Assembly: GCF_018977255.1 (NCBI RefSeq)
Contig: NW_024704745.1
Span: 15,314,001 to 15,378,000 of the forward strand
DNA from: Callorhinchus milii
Taxonomy: Eukaryota
Reading direction: 5' to 3'
Length of the DNA: 64,000 bases
This document shows positions 24,187 to 37,100 of this stretch, one piece after another. The stretch's first letter is position 1; the number at the start of each line of letters is the position of its first letter. A model generated the notes under the pieces. It was not told the origin of the DNA and made no database searches. It saw nothing but the letters and a program-made list of their open reading frames with translations. The translations under genes were made by a program, and so were the position numbers.

Positions 24187-27100
24187 ATTTCCTGGTGCCC
24201 CCCCGCCTCCTGCACTCGGTGCAGCGCTGTGAGTGGGAGAGACGCTGTTGTGATCCTCTCCGCAGCGAGAACCCGAATGGGTAACACAGAGAGAGCAGCG
24301 CCACAGACGGACAGCGGGTGGGGACCCCCGGACACTGGGGGGGACCCCCGGACACTGGGGGGGGACCCCCGGACACTGGGGGTGTGTGTGTGTGTGGAGG
24401 CGCTGTAAGGTTTGCATTTAAGTACTGGAAATTCATTGCATTTCCCTCTGTTTTCTAACCTCTCTGAGGATCTGTGGCGTTTAGTTCTAAGGCTACCAAC
24501 TGCCCTCCAGTAATAACTCAATCCAAGTCACAGGTGTGTTAGTTGCTTCTTTATTTTGTCTTTCCAAACTCTCAGTAAAGCACCACTTTACATCACACAT
24601 TCTTTGTTCTCACTCCCAGTATCCTTTTATACTTTCTTTCATTGGCTCCTGTTAATTGATCCCAATTGAGTATTCAACAGACATGAGCTGCAGAGTTCCG
24701 GATGATTTGCAGTTTGTGGAGGGAAAAGTTGGGATGGCTGACAAGCAGGGAGTTGGCATAGTCAAGCCTGGATGTGAAGAACGGGTGAATTAAGCTTACA
24801 CTATAGAGGGTTACATTATAGACAATATATCTCATGTAAAGATTATTATTCTAAACCTGTATTGATGTCCATCCTAGGTCAGGCAATAGGGAGGAGTACT
24901 TAGCTGGGAATGAAGGTTTATTGGAGGGAATTGTTAGTAGCAGGCATAACTGTATTCTGTTTGGTGATGAGTTTATTGTCTTCTGATAATCTCCATATGT
25001 CTTTCTTCCTTCAATTCCTGTCCATCTCCCATCACTCTGCCTATGTGTGAGAATGCGTGTGTCTCTTTCATGAGTCTTTATCTTTTAATTTTGTCTGTCT
25101 CCTGCAAATTGTGAGCTATATTCATTTGTTCTTTCTCATTTTTCATTCTCTTTTCCCTCACTCACTCTCTCTTTCACAGTCAGTCACATCGCTATCTCTT
25201 TCTGTATATTTAGTTAAAAATAATAATGTATTAATAATGCATTGCATTTGATACAGCACCTTATCATTCTCAAAGTACTTCACAAAATATACTGTAAAGT
25301 GAATTGACTGTATGTTTTGCGGGTGAAACGAGGCAGCCAATTGCGCACAGCAGTGTCCTACAAACAGTCATGGATTAATACATAAAGAAAGCCTCTTTGC
25401 CTTCCAAAACTGTGGGGATTAGAGATTAATGAACAAGGTTGTTGGTATCATATCTTGGATTTTAGCAACGCAGTGATCATTTAAGTGTGAAGCAAGATCC
25501 AATTTGTGCTTACTCATCACCTTGAGCAGATAGGCTCAGATGCATATTAGTTTGCATTGGCTGCCCTTTGAGCGTACTTGGGCAATCCATTGAAAAGTCG
25601 CAAGATTTCAAAGGACCGTTCTTTAATGTTACAAAGAGTTGTTCTCAAGCTTCCCTGATGACCTAATGGATAAAGGGCCAGCACAAAGGTGTATAAGCAA
25701 AGATTGCAGACAGACTGAATTGATATAGACAGAACAGCAACTGGGACAGTTAATCTCAGTGCTCCTTTCACCAATTACTAGTCTAAATTCAGTCCTCGCA
25801 CAAACTTGATGACTGAATGGTCTGCTAGAACATCGTATGTTTCTACACAGTGGGAGGAGCTGGGGATGAAACACTGATTCCTGGGACACCACTTGTCACT
25901 ATAATAAATAATTATCCTTGCTTTTGTTATGGCGCTGTTCATATCAGGAAGATGGCTCAAAGTGCTTTACATGAGTTACTTAAAGCGTTGTGAAAATGAT
26001 TATTTTGTAGAAAAACACAGTAGCCAATTTGTCACATCTAACATCCCATAAACAGCCATGAGGTGAATGATCAATTTTGTCTGGGAATTTTGGCCAGGAT
26101 ACCGGGAGAAACTCTTTTCTCCCTGCACTTCCCTTCTTCACTGCCTTCTAATTAGAGACTGTCCATTTTATCACCAAAATTCAGCTTCCCAACTAAGTTC
26201 CTATCCATCACACACAACTGTCTCCATTTCCACGTTATTAATTCCATGTAGGAAAATGTAGGATGTGTCTGTATCCCAGCACTTGTAGTACAAACTGTTT
26301 AACAATTTGCTTCACCAGTGATATTATCCTGTTTCTGATTTCCACATTCTTTACAGTGCTATTAAAGGCTGTTTGGTAGTGTAGTAGCAATATTATGTTA
26401 TCAATTACCCTGAATCACACAACAAACATTCGGTCCTGAATTCAACACATATCTTGTCTCGCTAATGCTGTACTTTTGGGATTGGGTGAATATGTTATTA
26501 GACACAGAAATGGCCAAACCGTACAAAGCTATGCCTTACTTTTCCAGATATGCAGGGTCTTGGGTATTCTTTAAAATATTCTAGGTTTGAGTGATCACAT
26601 TGTTAGTGTCATTTCTGAGCAATATACAAGTGTGCTGATATCTCTCCATCTAAAGTGAACAGTAGCATATCTAAGATTGACTGTTCCCAGCAGATTTTAC
26701 TCATTCCAAAGCATATCTAATAAAAACAAGTTGCACAATTATATTTCCTCACACACACAATGTCAAATTATTTATTTTGTGTTTGCATGACATTAATTTC
26801 AGCTGAACTAGCATAGAAAAAAGGATACTTTATGAATGCCTGCAGAATTAAATTAATACAAAATCTTACCCTTTTTTCAATGTGTGTGTGGTGAATTGGC
26901 AAAAGTTGCATAAACAGTGCAATGACTTGTAAGAAGTACAGTATAAGTAACACTAAGGTGATAAGCATTTCTTAAGAATTTGAAAGTGATGCATAATTCA
27001 TTGGGAACAGCTCCAGCATGTCACCAAAGTTACATGTGATGATGTCCTTACATTGATGGCCTCCTTGTTCAGATTGTTTGAACCTCAGGATCTCTCAGAT

Positions 27101-30100
27101 TTTCCAACTAACAGCAACTTGCATTTATACAGCATCCATCACTCAGGGCAGTAACTCGGAGCATCTAAAAGTGGCGGAACCCAAACTGGGGGGAGAGAGG
27201 AGGTGACCGTAAGCACAGTCGAAGAGGAAGCCATCTAAAGAAAGGGGAAGGAGGGGGCAGGTGGGGGGATTGGGGAGAGAGAGTTCCAAAGCTTTGGGGG
27301 CAAATAACACATTATCTTACACTAAGAGCAATAAAACGACGATTCCAAATGATTTCTCCTATCTGGGAACTTTTTAAGGAAGCCTTTCAGCATTTCAGTA
27401 GCCTGCAGGTGCGATTCCGAATTGTACAAAGACAACGAAAGTAACAGCTGGTTGACAATGTTCATCAAACAATCTTCGATCTCTTTCAGATCGCCATCAA
27501 GTTGGAAGCCGTCCTTCCTGGTCGCCAAGCGAACGCAGATGTTTCTTAACTCCACGCTGAGCTACAAATCAACAACAACAACAACAACAAGATTCCATTT
27601 ATAAAGCGCCTTTCACGTCAGGAGGACGTCCCAAGGCGCTGCACAGTTGGGTCATGACCCGAGCAGGGGGGAAATGGTCAGGGTGAGGGGAGGGAAGGGG
27701 GAGCGTTGGGGGGAAATGGTCAGGGTGAGGGGAGGGAAGGGAGGGAGCGAGGAGGGGGGAAATGGTCAGGGTGAGGGGAGGGAAGGGAGGGAGCGAGGAG
27801 GGGGAAGAGAGTCGAGAGGGGAGCTGAAGGCTCGGTCAAAGAGAAAGGTTTTGAGACCGGCCTTGAAGGAGGAAAGGGAGGAGGCGGCGAAGGCACTGGG
27901 GGATGGAGTTCCAGAGCCTGGGGGCTGAGAGGCTGAAGGCCCGACCACCGATGGTAGGGCGGTTGGGGCGGGGGACGTGGAGCAGACCGGAGCCAGAGGA
28001 ACGGAGGGTACGGGCAGGTAGGTAGGGGGATAGTAGGTCGGAGAGATAGGAGGGAGCAAGGCCGTGAATGGCCTTGTAATAAACAATAAACAAATAAACA
28101 AGAAGATATATTAGCAAAATGCAAATATTGGATTTGCCAATTTTTGCCAATTCACCACACACACATTGAAAAAAATCAAATGCACAGCGCGAGCTGATTT
28201 ATGTGTCTCGATCTGACATTGGCGGTCAGGTTTTTCTTGATTATTAATATTGGCAGTGAGATATTTACCAAAGCTGTACACTCAAACGGTGACACAGGTG
28301 AGCGAAGAGGTTTGCACTCCCTCGTTTTAAACAGCAAAGAGTTGCCATTATGTCTTCGCGCATCTGCTTTAACGATGAGCGCGACAATAAAGTGGGTGTA
28401 CACGTCGATGGGAAGTAGAAGTTTTCCGGACCTGTCCTGTGTGTCACCCCCCACCCCCTCTCCCCCTCCCTCCCTCCCTCCCTCCCTCCCCTTACCCACA
28501 AGATGCCCCTCTCACCTTTAATTCCACAGGGAAGAAGTGTGGCTCCGGCAAAGGGCACAGTCCGCGCTGCTCCACGGCGGTCAGTTCGGAAGTCAGGTCC
28601 ACGAAGCGGCTCAGTTTGCTCTCTCTGGCCATGTGGGCAATGGTCCGCCGGCTGTGCGGAGGACCCGGCGGGTGGCGGGTGGCCGGGCTGGGCTGGTCCG
28701 GGCAGGGCTGGTCCGGGCCAATGCATCGCTCGCTCTCCAGCCTCTGCCGCAGGGTCTTCAGAGCCGCCCACTGGTGGTCGATGCACGTCTGCAAAGCGGC
28801 TGCTGGTCTGTGCATCGTCGAAGCAGCGGCAAAGATTCACTGCTGAGGGATGGGGTGGGGGTGGTGGGGGGTGGGGGTGGATCGCTGCAAACTGCACTCC
28901 TCAATGAGTGTCCCCCCCGCCACCCCCTTGTTTTTGGTACCCCAGATCAGCTAAAAGTTTCTGCTCTCATCAGCCCCCTCACCAATAGCTTTCTGCCGCG
29001 TGTACACCCAAAGCGATAACACTTTTATCACTGGAAGAAGACTTTGCATATATGGAGAGCATTTTTTTTGTGGGGTTGGGGGTGGGATGGGGTGGGGTGG
29101 GGTGGGGGGATGAAAAGAACCAGCAAAGTTACCGACAGGGAGGTTTCCAGTTGCTAGAAGATTTCACCAGCAAATCCCAATTAGGCAGCAAAGAAAAAAA
29201 TACCCCCCCCCCCTTCTCCCCCACACCCACCCCCCACACACACATGTTCCATCAATGAGATTTGGTTACATCGAGTTTACATAGCAATACATCTATCTTG
29301 AAGCACATGGGTGTTTTGACTGAATCGCCTGAATTAGACGTTATTGCGATCACACCCAGTCTGCACCGCCTGTTTTCGTTCACGAATTGCTGGTCAATTC
29401 AAATGCAAAAATCGAGACGATGGCTTTGGCGTTGTCGTTATTCATTGCCAGGAAAGACCCATTGAAAGAAGCGTCTGGCGCTTCAAGGGAAGCTGTCTGC
29501 AGGAGGTGATAAACTGCTGCAGTTTGATGATCAGCAGCTGAACCGAGATACCTGGATGCAAGGATCACAACTCTCGATTTGATGTACTGCAATACACTCT
29601 GTGGCACAAACTGCCACAATAATCCCTCCAAAACCCCAAACAATAATAAATCGGTCATTTTCAACCTACGATTGTCTGTGGGACATTGCTGTGCCCGCAC
29701 TTGGCTGCCGCGTTCGCCCACAAATATACAGTCAATTCACTTTACAGTGTGTACTGTGAAGCGCTTTGGGACGTCCTTCCGACGTGAAAAGCGCTATATC
29801 AAATGCAAGGATTATTATTATTATTAACAGAAAAAAAATACCGTGCGTGCTAAATATTAGAGGTGCTGCATTAAGTGCCAGGCCCTTGCAGGGACCGGCC
29901 CTTGCAGGGACCGGCCCTTGCTCCTCCACCCCCCGCACTGTCTCATGTGGTGTCCCTCAGGGCTCTATCCTGGGTCCCCTCCTCTTCACCCTCTATATGC
30001 TCCCCCTCGGTGACATCATCCGCAGACATGGAGTTAACTTCCACATGTATGCGGATGACACCCAACTCTACCTTTCCTCCTCTCCTCTCAACTCCACGAC

Positions 30101-32442
30101 CACTGATGTCCTGACAGCCTGCCTGTCCGACATCGAGTCCTGGACGAGAGACAACTTTCTTCAGCTCAACGTGCGAAAAACCGAGGCCCTCCTGATTGGC
30201 TCACGTCAGCGCCTCCGCACCTCAGGCGCTGACACCATCAGCTTCCAAGGCTACACTCTCCACCTCTCAAAGCCAGTCAGGAACCTCGGCGTAATAACAC
30301 TTTTATCACTGGAAGAAGACTTTGCATACATGGAGAGCATTTTTTTTGTGGTTGGGGGGTGGGGTGGGATGGGGTGGGGTGGGGGGATGAAAAGAACCAG
30401 CAAAGTTTCCGACAGGGAGGTTTCCAGTTGCTAGAAGATTTCACCAGCAAATCCCAATTAGGCAGCAAAGAAACAAAATACCCCCCCCCCCCTTCTCCCC
30501 CACACCCACCCCCCACACACACATTTTCCATCAATGAGATTTGGTTACATCGAGTTTACATAGCAATACATCTATCTTGAAGCACATGGGTGTTTTGACT
30601 GAATCGCCTGAATTAGACGTTATTGCGATCACACCCAGTCTGCACCGCCTGTTTTCGTTCACGAATTGCTGGTCAATTCAAATGCAAAAATCGAGACGAT
30701 GGCTTTGGCGTTGTACTTATTCATTGCCAGGAAAGACCCTTTGAAAGAAGCGTCTGGCGCTTCAAGGGAAGCTGTCTGCAGGAGGTGATAAACTGCTGCA
30801 GTTTGATGATCAGCAGCTGAACCGAGATACCTGGATGCAAGGATCACAACTCTCGATTTGATGTACTGCAATACACTCTGTGGCACAAACTGCCACAATA
30901 ATCCCTCCAAAACCCCAAACAATAATAAATCGGTCATTTTCAACCTACGATTGTCTGTGGGACATTGCTGTGCCCGCACTTGGCTGCCGCGTTCGCCCAC
31001 AAATATACAGTCAATTCACTTTACAGTGTGTACTGTGAAGCGCTTTGGGACGTCCTTCCGACGTGAAAAGCGCTATATCAAATGCAAGGATTATTATTAT
31101 TATTAACAGAAAAAAAATACCGTGCGTGCTAAATATTAGAGGTGCTGCATTAAGTGCCAGGCCCTTGCAGGGACCGGCCCTTGCAGGGACCGGCCCTTGC
31201 TCCTCCACCCCCCGCACTGTCTCATGTGGTGTCCCTCAGGGCTCTATCCTGGGTCCCCTCCTCTTCACCCTCTATATGCTCCCCCTCGGTGACATCATCC
31301 GCAGACATGGAGTTAACTTCCACATGTATGCGGATGACACCCAACTCTACCTTTCCTCCTCTCCTCTCAACTCCACGACCACTGATGTCCTGACAGCCTG
31401 CCTGTCCGACATCGAGTCCTGGACGAGAGACAACTTTCTTCAGCTCAACGTGCGAAAAACCGAGGCCCTCCTGATTGGCTCACGTCAGCGCCTCCGCACC
31501 TCAGGCGCTGACACCATCAGCTTCCAAGGCTACACTCTCCACCTCTCAAAGCCAGTCAGGAACCTCGGCGTAATAACACTTTTATCACTGGAAGAAGACT
31601 TTGCATACATGGAGAGCATTTTTTTTGTGGTTGGGGGGTGGGGTGGGATGGGGTGGGGTGGGGGGATGAAAAGAACCAGCAAAGTTACCGACAGGGAGGT
31701 TTCCAGTTGCTAGAAGATTTCACCAGCAAATCCCAATTAGGCAGCAAAGAAACAAAATACCCCCCCCCCCCCCCCTTCTCCCCCACACCCACCCCCCACA
31801 CACACATTTTCCATCAATGAGATTTGGTTACATCGAGTTTACATAGCAATACATCTATCTTGAAGCACATGGGTGTTTTGACTGAATCGCCTGAATTAGA
31901 CGTTATTGCGATCACACCCAGTCTGCACCGCCTGTTTTCGTTCACGAATTGCTGGTCAATTCAAATGCAAAAATCGAGACGATGGCTTTGGCGTTGTACT
32001 TATTCATTGCCAGGAAAGACCCTTTGAAAGAAGCGTCTGGCGCTTCAAGGGAAGCTGTCTGCAGGAGGTGATAAACTGCTGCAGTTTGATGATCAGCAGC
32101 TGAACCGAGATACCTGGATGCAAGGATCACAACTCTCGATTTGATGTACTGCAATACACTCTGTGGCACAAACTGCCACAATAATCCCTCCAAAACCCCA
32201 AACAATAATAAATCGGTCATTTTCAACCTACGATTGTCTGTGGGACATTGCTGTGCCCGCACTTGGCTGCCGCGTTCGCCCACAAATATACAGTCAATTC
32301 ACTTTACAGTGTGTTCTGTGAAGCACTTTGGGATGTCCTCCCGACGTGAAAAGCGCTATATCAAATGCAAGGATTATTATTATTATTAACAGAAAAAAAA
32401 TACCGTGCGTGCTAAATATTAGAGGTGCTGCATTAAGTGCCA

Positions 32443-33313
32443 GGCCCTGGCAGGGACCGGCCCTGGCAGGGACCGGCCCTGGCAGGGACCGGCCCTGGCA
32501 GGGACCGGCCCTGGCAGGGACCGGCCCTGGCAGGGACCGGCCCTGGCAGGGACCGGCCCTGGCAGGGACCGGCCCTGGCAGGGACCGGCCCTGGCAGGGA
32601 CCGGCCCTGGCAGGGACCGGCCCTGGCAGGGACCGGCCCTGGCAGGGACCGGCCCTGGCAGGGACCGGCCCTGGCAGGGACCGGCCCTGGCAGGGACCGG
32701 CCCTGGCAGGGACCGGCCCTGGCAGGGACCGGCCCTGGCAGGGACCGGCCCTGGCAGGGACCGGCCCTGGCAGGGACCGGCCTGGCGGGACCGGCCCTGG
32801 CAGGGACCGGCCCTGGCAGGGACCGCAGGGACCGGCCCTGGCAGGGACCGGCCCTGGCAGGGACCGGCCCTGGCAGGGACCGGCCCTGGCAGGGACCGGC
32901 CCTGGCAGGGACCGGCCCTGGCAGGGACCGGCCCTGGCAGGGACCGGCCCTGGCAGGGACCGGCCCTGGCAGGGACCGGCCCTGCAGGGACCTGCCCTGC
33001 AGGGACCTGCCCTGCAGGGACCGGCCCTGCAGGGACCTGCCCTGCAGGGACCTGCCCTGCAGGGACCTGCCCTGCAGGGACCTGCCCTGCAGGGACCTGC
33101 CCTGCAGGGACCTGCCGCCCTGCAGGGACCGGCCCTGCAGGGACCTGCCCTGGCGGGACCCCCGGACCTGCCCTGCAGGGACCGGCCCTGCAGGGACCTG
33201 CCCTGCAGGGACCTGCCCTGCAGGGACCGGCCCTGGCAGGGACCGGCCCTGGCAGGGACCGGCCCTGGCAGGGACCGGCCCTGGCAGGGACCGGCCCTGG
33301 CAGGGACCGGCCC
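32443..33313. repeat. Variant satellite array (GGCCCTGGCAGGGACC)n with an internal block of 15-bp units (CCCTGCAGGGACCTG)
   Basis: Same unit as the large array with T>G at unit position 7; 15-mers at ~32980-33230. Confidence 0.97.
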
Positions 33314-33674
33314 AGGGGTGGGGTGATTGGCAGGGAGGGCGTGTCGGGGCGGGGCGGGTAACTCGCGGGGCGGGGCGGGTGACTGGCAGGGAGGGCGGGG
33401 CGGGTGACTGGCAGGGAGGGCGGGGCGGGTGACTGGCAGGGAGGGCGGGGCGGGGCGGGTGACTGGCAGGGAGGGCGGGGCGGGTGACTGGCAGGGAGGG
33501 CGGGGCGGGTGACTGGCAGGGAGGGCGGGGCGGGGCGGGTGACTGGCAGGGAGGGCGGGGCGGGTGACTGGCAGGTAGGGCGGGGCGGGGCGGGTGACTG
33601 GCAGGGAGGGCGGGGCGGGTGACTGGCAGGGAGGGCGGGGCGGGTGACTGGCAGGGAGGGCGGGGCGGGGCGGA
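33314..33674. repeat. Second copy of the G-rich 25-30 bp minisatellite, ~11 good units
   Basis: Eleven GACTGGCAG cores separated by GC boxes. Confidence 0.93.
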
Positions 33675-33810
33675 TTTCCTGGTGCCCCCCCCCCCCTTCT
33701 CCTGCACTCGGTGCAACGCTGTGAGTGGGAGAGACGCTGTTGTGATCCTCTCCGCAGCGAGAACCCCAATGGGTAACACAGAGAGAGCAGCGCCACAGAC
33801 GGACAGCGGG

Positions 33811-34132
33811 TGGGGACCCCCGGACACTGGGGGGGACCCCCGGACACTGGGGGGGGGACCCCCGGACACTGGGGGGGGGGACCCCCGGACACTGGGGGGG
33901 GGACCCCCGGACACTGGGGGGGGACCCCCGGACACTGGGGGGGGACCCCCGGACACTGGGGGGGGGACCCCCGGACACTGGGGGGGGGACCCCCGGACAC
34001 TGGGGGGGGGACCCCCGGACACTGGGGGGGGACCCCCGGACACTGGGGGGGGACCCCCGGACACTGGGGGGGGGACCCCCGGACACTGGGGGGGGACCCC
34101 GGACACTGGGGGGGGACCCCGGACACTGGGGG
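33811..34132. repeat. ~21-bp minisatellite (GGGGGGGACCCCCGGACACTG)n, ~15 units (3 units in the paralogous copy at ~24320-24382)
   Basis: Direct reading; G-run length varies between units. Confidence 0.93.
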
Positions 34133-37100
34133 TGTGTGTGTGTGTGGAGGCGCTGTAAGGTTTGCATTTAAGTACTGGAAATTCATTGCATTTCCCTCTG
34201 TTTTCTAACCTCTCTGAGGATCTGTGGCGTTTAGTTCTAAGGCTACCAACTGCCCTCCAGTAATAACTCAATCCAAGTTACAGGTGTGTTAGTTGCTTCT
34301 TTATTTTGTCTTTCCAAACTCTCAGTAAAGCACCACTTTACATCACACATTCTTTGTTCTCACTCCCAGTATCCTTTTATACTTTCTTTCATTGGCTCCT
34401 GTTAATTGATCCCAATTGAGTATTCAACAGACATGAGCTGCAGAGTTCCGGATGATTTGCAGTTTGTGGAGGGAAAAGTTGGGATGGCTGACAAGCAGGG
34501 AGTTGGCATAGTCAAGCCTGGATGTGAAGAACGGGTGAATTAAGCTTACACTATAGAGGGTTACATTATAGACAATATATCTCATGTAAAGATTATTATT
34601 CTAAACCTGTATTGATGTCCATCCTAGGTCAGGCAATAGGGGGAGTACTTAGCTGGGAATGAAGGTTTATTGGAGGGAATTGTTAGTAGCAGGCATCACT
34701 GTATTCTGTTTGGTGATGAGTTTATTGTCTTCTGATAATCTCCATATGTCTTTCTTCCTTCAATTCCTGTCCAACTCCCATCACTCTGCCTATGTGTGAG
34801 AATGTGTGTGTCTCTTTCATGAGGCTTTATCTTTTAATTTTGTCTGTCTCCTGCAAATTGTGAGCTATATTCATTTGTTCTTTCTCATTTTTCATTCTCT
34901 TTTCCCTCACTCACTCTCTCTTTCACAGTCAGTCACATCGCTATCTCTTTCTGTATATTTAGTTAAAAATAATAATGTATTAATAATGCATTGCATTTGA
35001 TACAGCACCTTATCATTCTCAAAGTACTTCACAAAATATACTGTAAAGTGAATTGACTGTATGTTTTGCGGGTGAAACGAGGCAGCCAATTGCGCACAGC
35101 AGTGTCCTACAAACAGTCATGGATTAATACATAAAGAAAGCCTCTTTGCCTTCCAAAACTGTGGGGATTAGAGATTAATGAACAAGGTTGTTGGTATCAT
35201 ATCTTGGATTTTAGCAACGCAGTGATCATTTAAGTGTGAAGCAAGATCCAATTTGTGCTTACTCATCACCTTGAGCAGATAGGCTCAGATGCATATTAGT
35301 TTGCATTGGCTGCCCTTTGAGCGTACTTGGGCAATCCATTGAAAAGTCGCAAGATTTCAAAGGACCGTTCTTTAATGTTACAAAGAGTTGTTCTCAAGCT
35401 TCCCTGATGACCTAATGGATAAAGGGCCAGCACAAAGGTGTATAAGCAAAGATTGCAGACAGACTGAATTGATATAGACAGAACAGCAACTGGGACAGTT
35501 AATCTCAGTGCTCCTTTCACCAATTACTAGTCTAAATTCAGTCCTCGCACAAACTTGATGACTGAATGGTCTGCTAGAACATCGTATGTTTCTACACAGT
35601 GGGAGGAGCTGGGGATGAAACACTGATTCCTGGGACACCACTTGTCACTATAATAAATAATAATCCTTGCTTTTGTTATGGCGCTGTTCATATCAGGAAG
35701 ATGGCTCAAAGTGCTTTACATGAGTTACTTAAAGCGTTGTGAAAATGATTATTTTGTAGAAAAACACAGTAGCCAATTTGTCACATCTAACATCCCATAA
35801 ACAGCCATGAGGTGAATGATCAATTTTGTCTGGGAATTTTGGCCAGGATACCGGGAGAAACTCTTTTCTCCCTGCACTTCCCTTCTTCACTGCCTTCTAA
35901 TTAGAGACTGTCCATTTTATCACCAAAATTCAGCTTCCCAACTAAGTTCCTATCCATCACACACAACTGTCTCCATTTCCACGTTATTAATTCCATGTAG
36001 GAAAATGTAGGATGTGTCTGTATCCCAGCACTTGTAGTACAAACTGTTTAACAATTTGCTTCACCAGTGATATTATCCTGTTTCTGATTTCCACATTCTT
36101 TACAGTGCTATTAAAGGCTGTTTGGTAGTGTAGTAGCAATATTATGTTATCAATTACCCTGAATACACAACAAACATTTGGTCCTGAATTCAACACATAT
36201 TTTGTCTCGCTAATGCTGTACTTTTGGGATTGGGTGAATATGTTATTAGACACAGAAATGGCCAAACCGTACAAAGCTATGCCTTACTTTTCCAGATATG
36301 CAGGGTCTTGGGTATTCTTTAAAATATTCTAGGTTTGAGTGATCACATTGTTAGTGTCATTTCTGAGCAATATACAAGTGTGCTGATATCTCTCCAACTA
36401 AAGTGAACAGTAGCATATCTAAGATTGACTGTTCCCAGCAGATTTTACTCAGTCCAAAGCATATCTAATAAAAACAAGTTGCACAATTATATTTCCTCAC
36501 ACACACAATGTCAAATTATTTATTTTGTGTTTGCATGACATTAATTTCAGCTGAACTAGCATAGAAAAAAGGATACTTTATGAATGCCTGCAGAATTAAA
36601 TTAATACAAAATCTTACCCTTTTTTCAATGTGTGTGTGGTGAATTGGCAAAAGTTGCATAAACAGTGCAATGACTTGTAAGAAGTACAGTATAAGTAACA
36701 CTAAGGTGATAAGCATTTCTTAAGAATTTGAAAGTGATGCATAATTCATTGGGAACAGCTCCAGCATGTCACCAAAGGTACATGTGATGATGTCCTTACA
36801 TTGATGGCCTCCTTGTTCAGATTGTTTGAACCTCAGGATCTCTCAGACTTTCCAACTAACAGCAACTTGCATTTATATAGCATCCATCACTCAGGGCAGT
36901 AACTCGGAGCATCTAAAAGTGGCGGAACCCAAACTGGGGGGAGAGAGGAGGTGACCGTAAGCACAGTCGAAGAGGAAGCGATCTAAAGAAAGGGGAAGGA
37001 GGGGGCAGGTGGGGGGATTGGGGAGAGAGAGTTCCAAAGCTTTGGGGGCAAATAACACATTATCTTACACTAAGAGCAATAAAACGACGATTCCAAATGA

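Noticed and set aside
13713-24521. Six giant ORFs of 3,378-3,602 aa
   Set aside because: The 16-bp unit has no stop codon and is not a multiple of 3, so all frames of a strand give the same 16-aa repeat. There is no evidence of a real protein.
33377-33670. PRDM9 hotspot motif (CCTCCCT on the minus strand)
   Set aside because: It does not match the full 13-mer, and the motif is specific to human PRDM9 alleles.
32294-34271. Pro/Gly-rich ORFs of 330-630 aa
   Set aside because: Read-through of three GC-rich minisatellites.
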